DNA of 64,000 nucleotides from Trypanosoma brucei (taxonomy: Eukaryota). Under the pieces are notes generated by a model. That model saw only the letters and a list, made by a program, of their open reading frames with translations, did not search any database and was not told where the DNA came from. The stretch is taken from NCBI GenBank assembly GCA_000002445.1, contig CM000207.1:1984001-2048000 (forward strand), in the 5' to 3' direction. The position numbers and the translations under genes were made by a program. Every line of letters begins with the position of its first letter. The stretch's first letter is position 1. Of the stretch, positions 21,660-33,437 are shown one piece after another.

Positions 21660-22805
21660 ATGAAGTTGGTCCGTCATATAGAAACCATAGAAAATCGTGG
21701 CTACCTCTTCGAATTTACAATTGATGTGAACTCACCTGATGAACCCGAACTCTCGCGGGCTCGGCGGTACTACGTGGTAGCCACAGATCCGTCGCCGTCA
21801 CGAGCCTTTTGTTACTTATCCATATATTTCCGTGATCCTTCGCTTTATTCCCCAAAGAGCCGCTGGTTTTCGCTGCACAACCGGGTCTTCGGTCCCATAG
21901 GGCACGACCGTTTTGTTGGGGAACTTCTCAAGGTGTCCCAAGCCGAGGCTGAGAGCTATAGTCTGTTCACGGATGAGCCAGCTGCGCGAGCAGCACTCGG
22001 TGTAATCTCCACCAACAGGGTGGACCCAACGGGAGGGAGGGCGGCGCGTGGTGGGGATGCGCATGGATCCCCCTTTGAAACGCCACGGGATGTGAAAACG
22101 GCAGCCGCAGTTCAAATTCTCTCAGAAAATGTAAAGGCACGTTTGGGGAAGGGCGTAGAGACCCTTTTAGGACCACCATACACAGTGTCAAAGGAAGCTA
22201 TGACTTCCACACGTGACGCTGACTTCCAGTCGCAAGGGAATCAGCTACGAGAGGCACGTCAGCTTCTACAACTTGAACGGAACCAACATGAGAAAGACGT
22301 GGAACATTTGATGAGTGAGATTAGCCAACTACACAAGCAATTGAAAAACGTCGGTTATGAAGGAAAGGCAAGGCAACAGGAACAGCAAACAACCGCCCTG
22401 AGAGACTCTCAGGAGCGTGAGCGACTTTTGCAGCTGACAATAGACGAAAATGTTTTGCTTAAACAACGTTACCACCATGCTTGCGTAGAGTTGGAGCACT
22501 GGCGTATGGAATGTCGCCGACTGAAGCACAAATGTGACCAAAAGGCGATGGCTTCAACGCAAGCAACTAAGTGTGTGAGCCAGGAAGAGTATAACGACCT
22601 GGAAAAGCGTCACCGACTCCTACATAAGGAGCTTCATGAGCTTTCAGAGGAAAAGATGGAATTAGAGAGTAGGTTGCGCAAAGCCGATGAGGAGGCGGCC
22701 CGAAGAAGTATGGAATTGAGGCTCGCCTTGCAGGCACTGCACTCACTGGGGAGGGGTCTAGACAACGTACAGCACAAATTGCCTCTCGTGTTGCGGAGTG
22801 AATAA
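21660..22805 (+). CDS. hypothetical coiled-coil protein
   Basis: 381-codon ATG ORF. The C-terminal half has heptad-like Q/E/K/L-rich sequence. Confidence 0.75.
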   Translation: MKLVRHIETIENRGYLFEFTIDVNSPDEPELSRARRYYVVATDPSPSRAFCYLSIYFRDPSLYSPKSRWFSLHNRVFGPIGHDRFVGELLKVSQAEAESYSLFTDEPAARAALGVISTNRVDPTGGRAARGGDAHGSPFETPRDVKTAAAVQILSENVKARLGKGVETLLGPPYTVSKEAMTSTRDADFQSQGNQLREARQLLQLERNQHEKDVEHLMSEISQLHKQLKNVGYEGKARQQEQQTTALRDSQERERLLQLTIDENVLLKQRYHHACVELEHWRMECRRLKHKCDQKAMASTQATKCVSQEEYNDLEKRHRLLHKELHELSEEKMELESRLRKADEEAARRSMELRLALQALHSLGRGLDNVQHKLPLVLRSE

Positions 22806-23903
22806 CGCGTGTTAGGAGAGTTGTCGGAGTGGGCAAAAAGGGATTGTTATGCCGATGGGATTCGAGCTGGGAAGGGTGAGGAAAGACCCTACGGAAGGTG
22901 CAGTTGTGTTATGCAAAGTATTATTATTATATATATGGCTATCGGTGACAATAATTACCTACTTCGTTTTATCCAAATTGTGAGCAATGTATGAAAATGC
23001 GTAATTTTTAATCCACTTAGTGCTTCGTCGTCCAACTTGACTGCCATTTTATGTTCTCCCTCTTCCCTCCCCCTTTGTCCGCACACTTTTCCATGTGCAA
23101 ACATATGGAGCAAAGACAGTAGGCGAGAAAAGAAGTGCAATGGGGATGCTTAACAACTGATATGTGCACCAAACGGGCAGTCTAGCTACTACCACCATAC
23201 TCACACACTTATCCATAGAAATATCGTACTTTCTCAACGGGACCTCACGAACTGATTTCGTGATGTATATACCTTTGCTAAGTAATAATTTTAGCGGAGT
23301 GTATCTCCTTCCATGTTGCTGTGCAGCACTGGGGAATAACAATAAGTGAAGGTGTGAACTATATCCCATGCTGTTTAGGTAGTCAAATGGGGAAGAGCGG
23401 ATGGGGACTTTGCCTTCACTACTTCATATCTCCTGTTCCGTTATGGGAAAGGAGAGGAATTTTTTTTCCTTCCTCCCTCTTCCAAAGCGGACTTGTTGAT
23501 ATTTTTAATTTCGTTGCTGAGACGTCTGTCATTACACCATTTGTTCACTTCTTCCAGTTGTCTTTGTATTCGATGGAAGGATTTCTGTAAGAAGGTGGCC
23601 ATATTTATGCCGCTTGCTCATCATTCTCCAGGGTGCCACTACTGAACTCGGACGAGGAGCCCATTCCTTTTATTCAGGGATGTTATGCATGAAATATCCC
23701 CACGTCACCTGCTCTGTGAAACCATTTAGTGTGGTCTATTATTGTTGATATTGGCAGCCGGTGGGTCGCTGTTTTAAACGTCTCTTTTCTTTATCCACCA
23801 CCGAGCTCCACCTCTGAAACACGTTGTGAACTCCTTGTATTAGCACATATACAGAAAGGGAAGACAAGAATAAGAGAAAGAAAGAAAAGTAGAGCCCTCT
23901 CAA

Positions 23904-24821
23904 ATGGCGACCCGTGACCGTACGACAGAGTTTCTTCAATACCGCAGCGCCAAAACTCGCCAAACTGACTCGCAAGGTCTCTTACAAGAGGACAGAGGTG
24001 CTTCAACCTTTAGCACCTTCGTTGCACCTCTGTGGATGCAGAAGATGGATGAGGTTCGCGAGCTGCAGAGAAAGATTCGGAAGCATATGGAGTCGCTGGA
24101 AAAGCTGTGGCGAAACAATCTAAAGATTGAGTTTAGCTCGTCGCGAGACGAGGGACGTGAGGAAATGGATATTGAGCGTCTGCGAGTTTCTATTGATAAT
24201 CTCTTCAAGCAGAGTGAGAAAGTAGTTAATGAACTCGAAGTGGCCTACATGCGTGAGCTCCCTGACGAGGGAACTGATGCGGAGTTGAGTATACTTCGTA
24301 ATGTGAAGATGTGTCTTGTTAACGAACTCAGCAACATTGGTAAATTATACCGTGAGAGCGAGCGGCGATACGTTATGGATCTAAAAAAGCAGCAATCGGT
24401 CGCGAAGCGATGGGGAAACAGTGAACGACAGCGAGTCATCGAGCAGGAGCTTGAAACCGATGCTGTAATGAACCGTTGCCTCCAAAAGGGCATGTCTCAG
24501 GAGCAGGTAGAGGCGATGCTTCTCAATCAACAATTGGCGGATGAGCGTGTGAAGGAATTTGAACACATATATACATCAATAAAGTCCATGCACGAGATGT
24601 TCTCTGACATGAAAACGCTCGTTATTGAGCAAGGTGCCGTGCTCGACCGTATTGATTACAACATGTCGATCACTCACGAACGCGTGCAGAGTGGTAGAGC
24701 GGAGTTGGAAAAGGCAGCGGAATATCAGGAGGCCGGGTTGTTCAAAACATGTTTCTTGTTTTTAGTGGTAACTATCTTTGTGCTTTTGTTCATTCTTCTG
24801 TTTCAAAAGATGCTGTCTTAA
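23904..24821 (+). CDS. Qa-SNARE, syntaxin-16/Tlg2-like
   Basis: N-terminal MATRDRTTEF. The SNARE core LVIEQGAVLDRIDYNM resembles syntaxin-16 (V.DQGT.LDRIDYN). There is a C-terminal TM anchor (CFLFLVVTIFVLLFILLF). Confidence 0.85.
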   Translation: MATRDRTTEFLQYRSAKTRQTDSQGLLQEDRGASTFSTFVAPLWMQKMDEVRELQRKIRKHMESLEKLWRNNLKIEFSSSRDEGREEMDIERLRVSIDNLFKQSEKVVNELEVAYMRELPDEGTDAELSILRNVKMCLVNELSNIGKLYRESERRYVMDLKKQQSVAKRWGNSERQRVIEQELETDAVMNRCLQKGMSQEQVEAMLLNQQLADERVKEFEHIYTSIKSMHEMFSDMKTLVIEQGAVLDRIDYNMSITHERVQSGRAELEKAAEYQEAGLFKTCFLFLVVTIFVLLFILLFQKMLS

Positions 24822-25501
24822 ACCTGAATCCATTACGCAACAACCCCCGGCGGCATTAACCCTGGGAAATGCAAACGGATCCCTCAAACTGTTGCTGAGA
24901 CATCTATGTCTATTGCTCATGAATAAAGGCGAAAAGCACAGAAAGGAAAGGGAATAATATCTTCACTTTTGTTCCTTGCTTCCTTTTCCCTGCCACATAA
25001 TCTTCTATAGTTTCGTTTTGGGTTCATGATTGTGCCTTGATGGAGTATGAGCAGTGCATCTGGCGGGAGACTTCCAGAATTTAGCACCACAAACACACCT
25101 ACGTATACGTACACCTTATTTATTCACGGCTCTTACTGTTGCATCAGACTGCGCGACCGAAAGCACCGTCAACATCTTGGTGTTATCTTGTTGCTATTCG
25201 TGCCCCTGTGGAGGGAGAGGGGATGGTTATACCTTCTGGTAATGCGATATGAAGAAAAGTTTTCCTAAGTGAATCGGTGGATTTTATTTCCAGAATTGCT
25301 ATCTCTGACCACCTCTTGACCCTATTCTCTTAAAATTAACCTTTATTTTTCCGGTGCTGCTTTCTTACCTTTAATTATTATTATTATTATTTTTGTGGGG
25401 TGACCAACAAGAGATAGTGTATCCTATCAACACAACATAATTTGTGGTATGAAGCGGGAAAGTAAGGAAACCTTGTCGCGAGATTTATTTTTTATTTTCA
25501 T

Positions 25502-26749
25502 ATGAACTTCGTTCCTCTTTATAGATCAATTTTGAAGGGGATTCATACCGCAAAACAACATCCATACCACCTGCAAGATATACGTTTCATCCTTTCGTAC
25601 CCGCTCGTGAAACCGGTGTATTATGCGACCAAACCGAACAGCGAGTTGAAGCAACTGGAGCCCCTGCAGGGAATTGACACCCCGCTCCTTGTCCGAACTT
25701 GTCTTGAGGACCTCCGCAGGGCTTTCATGTCTGTGCCTTCGAAAGACATGTCGGTGGCGCAGCAATTCGTATACATGCGTGAGTTGGGGTGGTTGAAGTG
25801 TAGATTGGAGAATATTGCTAGCGAGTCGACTGATGCAATTCTCAAAGAAGCACGCGTGGTTGCTTCCGAAGTGACGGATGATGACTTCCTAGACGACCAA
25901 ATCATTGTGCGACAGGGCCGCCCCAACAATAAAGAACTTCAGTGTGTACAGACAGGTAATAATGGGAGTGAAATGGGGGATTGTGGGTACGGAGTGGCAT
26001 CTGCGGGTGCAATTGGGCTGCGCTATGAGATGTTCATTCTTCAAAACGTCGCACCGTTACCACTTGTTAAGGAATTTCTTTCTTCCTTCTCCCAGAACAC
26101 AGAAGCCGCTGCTGCTGCTGCAACGTCTAACCAGAAATTGCAGGAATTTGCTAGGCGCTACGTACCGCGTACCGTAGTGTGTCAGAATGAGGACCTCACA
26201 CTGACAATCACCGTGAACGCATTTGATGCGGCATTAACCCGCAAATCAACGGAAGAAAACAACCCCTTCGCACGTGTGCATCGTTACTTCATGATTCGCT
26301 TTGACTTATCTCCAAGTGACCCCTTAGTTTTGGGTGTGGATGTTGTCAACTCGTACTTTCTTAGGTTGGACGCTGGGTCAGCTGAGCTTGTGGAGGACAT
26401 TGGGTACCTTCATGCTGCCGATGTCTGGAAATTGTCCCAGGAGTTGAGGGTGAAAGGCAGCGGGAGCAGCACCGATAGCGACGACACCAAAGACAATGGC
26501 TGCGTCGACGGCAGCGTAAGTAGTAAAGAGCACGCCGCTGAAGGAAATGTAAACTGCATGGACCACAATGAGCACGAACACAACCCTACATCGCATTTTG
26601 AGTTGAGTTTTATAAATCCGTCGGACGGACCTACAATCATGAAAGGGCAATTGTACTACACGCTGCGAACAAAATCTAGCGCCTCCGCCTCCAAAATGAA
26701 CGTGGGTGTCATTTCGTTCGGGCACATTCTTTTGTTTAACGACGAATAG
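25502..26749 (+). CDS. hypothetical protein
   Basis: 415-codon ATG ORF in the sense orientation. No confident domain. Confidence 0.75.
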   Translation: MNFVPLYRSILKGIHTAKQHPYHLQDIRFILSYPLVKPVYYATKPNSELKQLEPLQGIDTPLLVRTCLEDLRRAFMSVPSKDMSVAQQFVYMRELGWLKCRLENIASESTDAILKEARVVASEVTDDDFLDDQIIVRQGRPNNKELQCVQTGNNGSEMGDCGYGVASAGAIGLRYEMFILQNVAPLPLVKEFLSSFSQNTEAAAAAATSNQKLQEFARRYVPRTVVCQNEDLTLTITVNAFDAALTRKSTEENNPFARVHRYFMIRFDLSPSDPLVLGVDVVNSYFLRLDAGSAELVEDIGYLHAADVWKLSQELRVKGSGSSTDSDDTKDNGCVDGSVSSKEHAAEGNVNCMDHNEHEHNPTSHFELSFINPSDGPTIMKGQLYYTLRTKSSASASKMNVGVISFGHILLFNDE

Positions 26750-27572
26750 TTGAAATTTTATTTAAAGGGGGGGCCAAATAACTATGTTGTAACAAAAGCT
26801 AATTTGATATGCCCACAGTAAAGCAGTGGGTGCTGTATTAGTAATTTGGCAACCAGGTGACTTCGACCCTTTTTGTTTCGTTTGAAAGGGGAAATGTTCT
26901 CTCGCTCTCCCGATGTTTCAGGGGAGGGAATAGTGAGGGCAATGAAAATGTACACATTTGTATAACTGCATGCAGTGTTATACAACATGTCTCGCGGGTC
27001 TACTGTTCCCAATAATGCCTTGGTCCCAATCAACACCCCCGTAGGGGGGAGGAGGGAGGATATAAAGGGGAAAGGTTGTACTGTGAAGAGGCTGGTGTGA
27101 GCGAAAGGGAAGTTATAACATGCCCCCCCCCTTCTCGGGTAGTTCCCCCCTCATTGGTAATCTTCGCAATACTGCGGGGTATGCAATTCTCTCCTCCCCT
27201 CCCCACAACAGATTTAGAAGCGGTGGGGCACTGTGACTCGTTTCTGAATATTTAAATATTGGTTTGGGGGGAGAAAGGGGTGAAAATGGGTTGACTTACA
27301 CATTGTGATGCGTTCCTCCCGTGACCATGCGCTAACAAAATTGTGCATTACCACTTAGGTAAGGCACACCGAATAATCTTTGCGGTGGCACCCATTGGGT
27401 GCACATTGCATTGACAATAATGAGCAGAATTGAGCCGCTTCTTTTTCCAACCCTATACGTTGTTTAGCGTTTCCCCCCCCCCCTCTTAGTTATATCCCAT
27501 TTTTCTAGCCTTTGGGCATTTCACTCTAACTTTCTTTTTGTTACTTTATTACGCTTTTTGCAAGCCAAACAC

Positions 27573-30500
27573 ATGAAGGATCCTGTAGTTAGCGGTTCAC
27601 CAGTTGTTGACGCGGCAGTGCTGCCATGCACTCAACTCCGCGCTAACCGTCGCATGCCCCTGTTGTGGCTTCCCATGTCTCTGTGTAAGCAGTTGTATTC
27701 GGAGCATGGAGAGGGCAATGCAACAACCATCGGACGTAATGGTGAGGACAACATGCATGGTAACATGAGCGGGGACAGTGTTGAGCAGGTGCTAGAGTGC
27801 CTCTCTGGTTTGGAGCGTGGTGTTCTCAATGCAGTATTGAGGCAGCCCTTCCTCCCCATCCACACACTTCGTGAGGCGTTCCCAGTTGGGAGGAATTACA
27901 ATTTTGACGACGATTTATTTGAGATCCTTGTGCGGGTGGCCAGCAATGTCGACTCCGTTACCGCCTCTGCCTCCGCGGAAGTGGAAGTTCATATGGGCAC
28001 GGCTGCTGTTGTCGTGGTGCTGAACTGTTACGAACATGAGCCAAACTTGGCCCTCAAGGCGGTGGGATACGTTTTCGAGAAATACTTTAAAAATTGTGCC
28101 TGCCGCTGCGTGGTGCTCGACCCACCAGCAGACATAGAATCAGGTGGTCTACGGGAAGTTCTCATCCCAGTCTCTACAGGAGCATCCATTAATGACGTGG
28201 CTAACCACGTCTTGAGAGAGGTTGCATTTGCCATGGTGCGGCGCGCAGACGCACGACTCGTTGAGCTGTCGTCGATGATCGCGTCAATAGTTGAGGCGAA
28301 ACCTGGACCAAGTGACCTGAGCAGCGTCTTGAGATTTAAGAGTAGTAGCAAGAGTGGGAAGGGAAGTGCCACCGCTGATGCTGCGCCGTCATACGGTTCG
28401 GGGACATCGCTGATGAAAAGAAAAGGGGATTTGCTGCTTATTTTAGGTTCGTTCAACGCTGCCCTCATGTCGTATGACGAAGCTCTAGGAGGAGCAGATG
28501 CGTTGTGGTGCGCGGCAACATTGGAGGCGATTGCCACACTACGATTCATGCAGAATGCACCGCTGCTTGCGTTGAGGGAAAGCGCTGAGTCCACATTTGT
28601 ATCGCTTGCATTTGACGGTTCAGTGTGGTCGAATGACATGAAAAAAACTATGGATGAGATAGATAAAGTGACATCAACCCTCCAAGTCTCCCAGCGGAAG
28701 GCACTTACTGCTTTAAAGCGTAACACTGCACTTTCAGTCTTGGGGAAAAGGTTAACGAAGGAAGTAGAAGACCCCCTTTCATCGCAGTGCGAAAGTCTTA
28801 GGCGTCGGATCAGATCACTTGACGAAACGATGTCCAACGAAAGAGTGGAGAAATACGGGAGGAGGGCTCTAGGGTGCCTGCGGCAGATTATTCACCTTAG
28901 TTTCCATGAACTACATCTTTACCTCAACGAGGCACTACAGCTTCTAAGAACTGTTGTAGGCGCAAGGACTCTTTTGCGGGAAAGGGAGTTGAACATACAC
29001 GTAAAGCGAGCAGAACTTCTGGCAGAGGAGGGCGACAAACAGTCTATGTTAGAGTGCTTCAGTTTAATAAAGGATCTGGCCGCCCAGAGCGGTGATGGGA
29101 CTTTGCAACAGCGAATTCGTACGCAAATACCCCGTATCTGTGCTCGTGCGGGTTGTTGTCGGAAAGCAATACATTATATCGCCGATGCAGCACTCACCCA
29201 GAGGCGGAAGGGGGCGAATGGATCCGCGATTTTGCTACTTTTGATGGCGTGTCGAGTAGCTGGCATTCCATTTCCCGAAAATGGTTTAGGTGACGACATT
29301 ACCGTCTTGACTTGCAGTCGACAGGGGCAAGATATTTTGAGCCCTGCCGTTGCCAACGGTGACGCAAAAAGTAGTAGCACAAAGAAGGAATGTGCGTCGT
29401 TGAGGTTGGGTACACGTCCCTGTGAGGCACAAGCTGTACCATTACTTACAGAACTACTCGACGCCATAACGGAGGAGGGATTTGACTCTGATGCCAAGTG
29501 TTCTGTAGCCTCCATGCTGCTATTTGATTACTACCCGTTTCTCAGTGACGACACGCAGGAGTCGCTGATGACACTCATTGCGAAAAAGAGTGCACATTAC
29601 CAGTCACTTCACTGCTCGACACCTCCTTTTCTGGACGATATGGAGGTACTCCCGTTACCTCCACATTTGGAACCGAAAACAATTTCACTAAGCGGGGCGC
29701 AATTCACCTTTATTGACACCGGACGACTTAAGATGACTGTACTCACTTTAAACGGGAAGATTATTCCTCAGGGACAGGTGGTGTGGTCTGTTGGTACTGT
29801 CGGTGAGGTGACAGTGGTATTGAAAAACCCTCTTCGTACACAAGTTGAACTCTCATCCGTCGCACTTAGCTGTTGCCCTGTCTCGTCGCTCAACGGTGAC
29901 GGTGGCACCACGAACTTGGAAGAGGAACACGGTCTGACCACCGATGCGCCGTCGACTTATGTGGTAACCAATGTCACGCTTCAGCCCATGTCGAAGCTTC
30001 AGTTGTGCCTGCAAGTGCTGCCAACTACACCGGGGTTTCTCTCTGTGAAGGGTGTGGAGATTAGGTTCAGCAACATGCCGTGGTGTGGAACTTTTATGAT
30101 GCCTGTGAGGAAGCCAGAGGTGATACCTGTGCTACAGGAACTACCGATGGTATCGTGCGCCCTTGGGGTGAATGAGGTAGAGATTTTTTGCGGGCAAACA
30201 GTTGAATTTACGTTACACGTGGTCAACACTGGTAGGGTGCCGGTGCACAAATTTCAAATAACGGTTCACGACGAATCCTGTCAATTAGACACGTGCGAAG
30301 GGTGCAAAGAGCGCTTAAGTGCCTCCTCCCTATACGTCACTATCGAACGCGATCCCTCCACTGAGCAACGTTCAGAATCCTCACTTGAAGTTGGTGGCGT
30401 CACAACTAGGCGCGTCACAATCGCTTCACCCCTGGGAAGTGACAATAAGGCGTTTCAGCACATTGTGTTCCGCACGTGTATGGAGTTGCCATATAATCAG

Positions 30501-31307
30501 CCTACCGCTCCCCCCGGCATTCCTAGTGCCGTTCCCGTCTTTGCTGTCATCCCGAGACGCGTTCAGGAAACATACCTTCGTGTCTTTGAGGCTCCAAGTT
30601 TAGCGGTAACATCTGTTTCCCTTTCACGTGACAGGAGGTATGTAGAGCTGTGTGTGCGGAATATGAACACGGTTCACACGATTGAGTTGCTGTGTAGTCA
30701 CTTGAGTTTTGCTAATATACCGGATGCACTGATTGTTGCAGGAGCTGAGTACCTTGTTCCACCCATTGAGATAATCAAGGTGCCACGCGGAACGAAGCAA
30801 ATTCCACTCCCATGGGTGGTTCGAGGACAGCCCAAGTGCGGTGGCACACTTTACGTGGACTTTTCAATTGCCTCAGCAGAAGCTGTATGCATGGAACCAC
30901 TGGAAGATGCCATCGTCACCATCAAAACACTCCCAAACGATCTTGGTGGACTTCGTAATCAACAGTTGGTAAACGTTACCGGAGGTGAGTTGGCTTCAAT
31001 CATATTACCTGTAATGAAACCTGTGCAACTACTTGTTTGTGTGAGCGCACCGTGGAAGCGTGTCGTTCCGCTGCGGGTTCGTCTTGCAATGGAGCAACAA
31101 GCGCTTGATATGAGCGTATTGAGCGGTGCCGTTGACGCGGTGCACACTGTAGGCGGTGGGGAAACCAACGATGCAACTCGGTTGTATCAGGAGGTAGTAG
31201 AGGTTTTTGCCTTTAAAATGGGAGAACACCCACTTTCCGTAACGCTATCCGACGCGGATGGGCGAGAGACAACACACACTGTAAGGTTGCAGTGGAAACA
31301 CATCTGA
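27573..31307 (+). CDS. large hypothetical protein, possibly a TRAPPC9/Trs120-like trafficking-complex subunit
   Basis: The track start at 27558 is TTG; the first ATG is at 27573. The ORF is about 1244 codons. KRKGDLLLILGSFNAALMSYDEALGGADALWCAATLEAIA resembles the GD..LL.G....A...Y..A......D.LW...ALEG region of TRAPPC9. This family assignment comes from memory only. Confidence 0.8.
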   Translation: MKDPVVSGSPVVDAAVLPCTQLRANRRMPLLWLPMSLCKQLYSEHGEGNATTIGRNGEDNMHGNMSGDSVEQVLECLSGLERGVLNAVLRQPFLPIHTLREAFPVGRNYNFDDDLFEILVRVASNVDSVTASASAEVEVHMGTAAVVVVLNCYEHEPNLALKAVGYVFEKYFKNCACRCVVLDPPADIESGGLREVLIPVSTGASINDVANHVLREVAFAMVRRADARLVELSSMIASIVEAKPGPSDLSSVLRFKSSSKSGKGSATADAAPSYGSGTSLMKRKGDLLLILGSFNAALMSYDEALGGADALWCAATLEAIATLRFMQNAPLLALRESAESTFVSLAFDGSVWSNDMKKTMDEIDKVTSTLQVSQRKALTALKRNTALSVLGKRLTKEVEDPLSSQCESLRRRIRSLDETMSNERVEKYGRRALGCLRQIIHLSFHELHLYLNEALQLLRTVVGARTLLRERELNIHVKRAELLAEEGDKQSMLECFSLIKDLAAQSGDGTLQQRIRTQIPRICARAGCCRKAIHYIADAALTQRRKGANGSAILLLLMACRVAGIPFPENGLGDDITVLTCSRQGQDILSPAVANGDAKSSSTKKECASLRLGTRPCEAQAVPLLTELLDAITEEGFDSDAKCSVASMLLFDYYPFLSDDTQESLMTLIAKKSAHYQSLHCSTPPFLDDMEVLPLPPHLEPKTISLSGAQFTFIDTGRLKMTVLTLNGKIIPQGQVVWSVGTVGEVTVVLKNPLRTQVELSSVALSCCPVSSLNGDGGTTNLEEEHGLTTDAPSTYVVTNVTLQPMSKLQLCLQVLPTTPGFLSVKGVEIRFSNMPWCGTFMMPVRKPEVIPVLQELPMVSCALGVNEVEIFCGQTVEFTLHVVNTGRVPVHKFQITVHDESCQLDTCEGCKERLSASSLYVTIERDPSTEQRSESSLEVGGVTTRRVTIASPLGSDNKAFQHIVFRTCMELPYNQPTAPPGIPSAVPVFAVIPRRVQETYLRVFEAPSLAVTSVSLSRDRRYVELCVRNMNTVHTIELLCSHLSFANIPDALIVAGAEYLVPPIEIIKVPRGTKQIPLPWVVRGQPKCGGTLYVDFSIASAEAVCMEPLEDAIVTIKTLPNDLGGLRNQQLVNVTGGELASIILPVMKPVQLLVCVSAPWKRVVPLRVRLAMEQQALDMSVLSGAVDAVHTVGGGETNDATRLYQEVVEVFAFKMGEHPLSVTLSDADGRETTHTVRLQWKHI

Positions 31308-31883
31308 GGGGATGTGAGTCGGTCGACTTCTCTAACGCGTCGGGTATTGTGCTCGGCAGTTTCCTCTTCTGAAGAGGGAGAATAAAGCAGAAGAGAAAGT
31401 AGTGCCACCTCGCACGTATTCACCTCGTCTGCTCATTTCCGTTTGCGTTGGCAATCGTTTTCTCACCTCTTTCAGAACAAGCTGACAATTGTAGCCAATC
31501 ATTCCTGGTATCTGATCGATTTACCCTCTTTATATTGGTGTCGTGCCGCTTGTTTGTTTTATCAAATCGGGTGTATTCATACATATTTATACGCTTGTGT
31601 GTTTTCCTTTTAATTTTACTTTTCGTTCATTTGCAGAATCTTTACATCCACTCATTATGCCCCCTATTTTTTGTCTTTTAGCCATCTCCACGTATATTTT
31701 AGCAGCAGCGGTAGCCAAAAGGGAAAGTAACCACAAAGGCAGTTAACAAAAGCAAAAGGGAAGTAGTGACAATAGTAGGAACGGAAGGAAAGATAAGGAA
31801 ATAAGTAGTGCAAAATTAGTGTTTTTAGGGCCTTAACTTGGTGTTGTACCTGCCAGGGTCCTAAGCTAATATAGGTTAGTTTT

Positions 31884-33437
31884 ATGCCTCCGAGAAGTGC
31901 TGGGGTGCGCGAAAGGCAAAAGCGAACTCGCGAAGACAGCAAAACCTCGGGGCAACTGCACAAACGCCAAAAGGTCCTGCCAGCGACTGCAACTCACCTC
32001 GCCGATGACACTTCTGCAGAGCCGTTCTCACAAGAAGATGTGGACAGAGAAAATCTCACAAATCATGGACCTTTGGCAGCCTACTCGTCGAGTTCCGTAA
32101 TGGAAGCGGCGAGCTTGCGGAACGAGTTAAAGGAGCATGTAAGCAGATGCCAGCTGATCGTACGGAATGTCGGCTCCCTCGTGCAGCAACGGGAGTCGTC
32201 GACTGCGGCAATGGCCACACTGCCTTCCTTATGCAGTATATCCCCCCGAGAGGTAGTTCGCCTCAACGTTGGTGGTGAGATATTCACTGTGCCTCTGCAG
32301 TTATTATTAAAAAAAGATGGAGGTGACACCTACTTCGATATGTTGTTTAGGTACGGCGCAGCTGGTGGTGAGGACAGCCCTTACCCGACTAGCTTCCAAC
32401 CTCCCTTGTTGGATGATACTGGGGCGCTCTTCATTGACAGAGACCCAGGTACATTCCGGTTTATCCTTAACTATCTTCGAGGATCCCGCATGCTTAGCAT
32501 GCTGAGTGAGGATCGGCTCTCCATGTTGAAGACCGACGCACAGTATTTCCAGCTGCACGGTCTCATAAAGGAACTAAGTGATGAGTCAAAGGAAACGGGC
32601 ATTAAGTTCAATCCTGGTCCCGGTGTGAACCTGGAGCGGAACAAGTTTCGCGTTGTATACAGCATCGCAACAATTGGAGAAAATTTCCTCATTACAGGAT
32701 GCCATCGTATAACATTCGAAATACTGAATAGTGAGTATGTAGGAATCGGACTGATATCCGACATGTGTGTTATGTCGGATCAAGAGTTTCACAAAACATT
32801 GCACTGCTGTGTTTACTACATGACGGGTGTGTTCTACTCCAACTTCCCGCATCACCGAAAAGAGGATAGACTCGAGGCGCTGGATAAGGGTGATTTTGTC
32901 TCTCTCATGGTAGATATGAACAAACGCGTCGCCGAGTACACGCTGAAAGGTTCAGTAAAAACGATACCTCTCGGCAACGCGCGTAAGTTGCGCTTCGCTG
33001 TGGTTATGAAAATGAACTCGCGGATTCGTATTGTTCCCGAGGAGGAGGCCAGGAAGTTGCCACTTTTCCGCCGTAGGTTATATTCAAGTGATGTTGACTC
33101 TGTGGATAATGCGCTTTCTTTGGCGGATGAACGAGACGGATTCACGCAACTTTCACAGAACAGTGGTGCAGGGGCTGTAGAACTCCCGACGGCGATGACG
33201 CTTTTCTCACAGCTACAACAACAGCAACATCAACGTCAGTTACCACCCCCGCAAGGGGCAGTGCAAGACTCCGGTGATCCTAATGCAGTTGATCCTTCAC
33301 TACCGTTTCTAGATGACGGCAATGGCGGAACCGTGCGGCCGCTCACACTTGATTTCACAGCGGAAGATATCTTTCCCGTTGACGTTGATGAAACGGAAGC
33401 GTTTCACCACCGCAGCGCACCGCAAGAAGGCGAATGA
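31884..33437 (+). CDS. BTB/POZ (K-channel T1/KCTD-type) domain protein
   Basis: VVRLNVGGEIFTVPLQLL...YFDMLF...LFIDRDPGTFRFILNYLRG is a typical BTB_2/T1 domain. A beta-rich module follows that may be SPRY-like, but I am not sure of that. Confidence 0.85.
   Translation: MPPRSAGVRERQKRTREDSKTSGQLHKRQKVLPATATHLADDTSAEPFSQEDVDRENLTNHGPLAAYSSSSVMEAASLRNELKEHVSRCQLIVRNVGSLVQQRESSTAAMATLPSLCSISPREVVRLNVGGEIFTVPLQLLLKKDGGDTYFDMLFRYGAAGGEDSPYPTSFQPPLLDDTGALFIDRDPGTFRFILNYLRGSRMLSMLSEDRLSMLKTDAQYFQLHGLIKELSDESKETGIKFNPGPGVNLERNKFRVVYSIATIGENFLITGCHRITFEILNSEYVGIGLISDMCVMSDQEFHKTLHCCVYYMTGVFYSNFPHHRKEDRLEALDKGDFVSLMVDMNKRVAEYTLKGSVKTIPLGNARKLRFAVVMKMNSRIRIVPEEEARKLPLFRRRLYSSDVDSVDNALSLADERDGFTQLSQNSGAGAVELPTAMTLFSQLQQQQHQRQLPPPQGAVQDSGDPNAVDPSLPFLDDGNGGTVRPLTLDFTAEDIFPVDVDETEAFHHRSAPQEGE

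Noticed and set aside
25502-25600. N-terminal PLYRSILKG read as a LYR-motif (Complex1_LYR/ISD11-like) domain, tempting because a cysteine-desulfurase-like gene is nearby.
   Set aside because: It is a single tripeptide match in a 415-aa protein without the downstream conserved Phe/Arg pattern. Gene proximity has no operon meaning in trypanosomes.
28028-28837. 269-aa ORF antisense to the large + strand gene. Similar long antisense ORFs occur at 43288-44028, 37300-37890, 13207-13701, 57132-57779 and 59920-60435.
   Set aside because: Each lies entirely inside a longer, domain-bearing sense ORF. Their composition is Ser/Arg/Ala-rich, as expected for a reverse-frame artefact. The kinetoplastid unidirectional arrangement argues against antisense genes.
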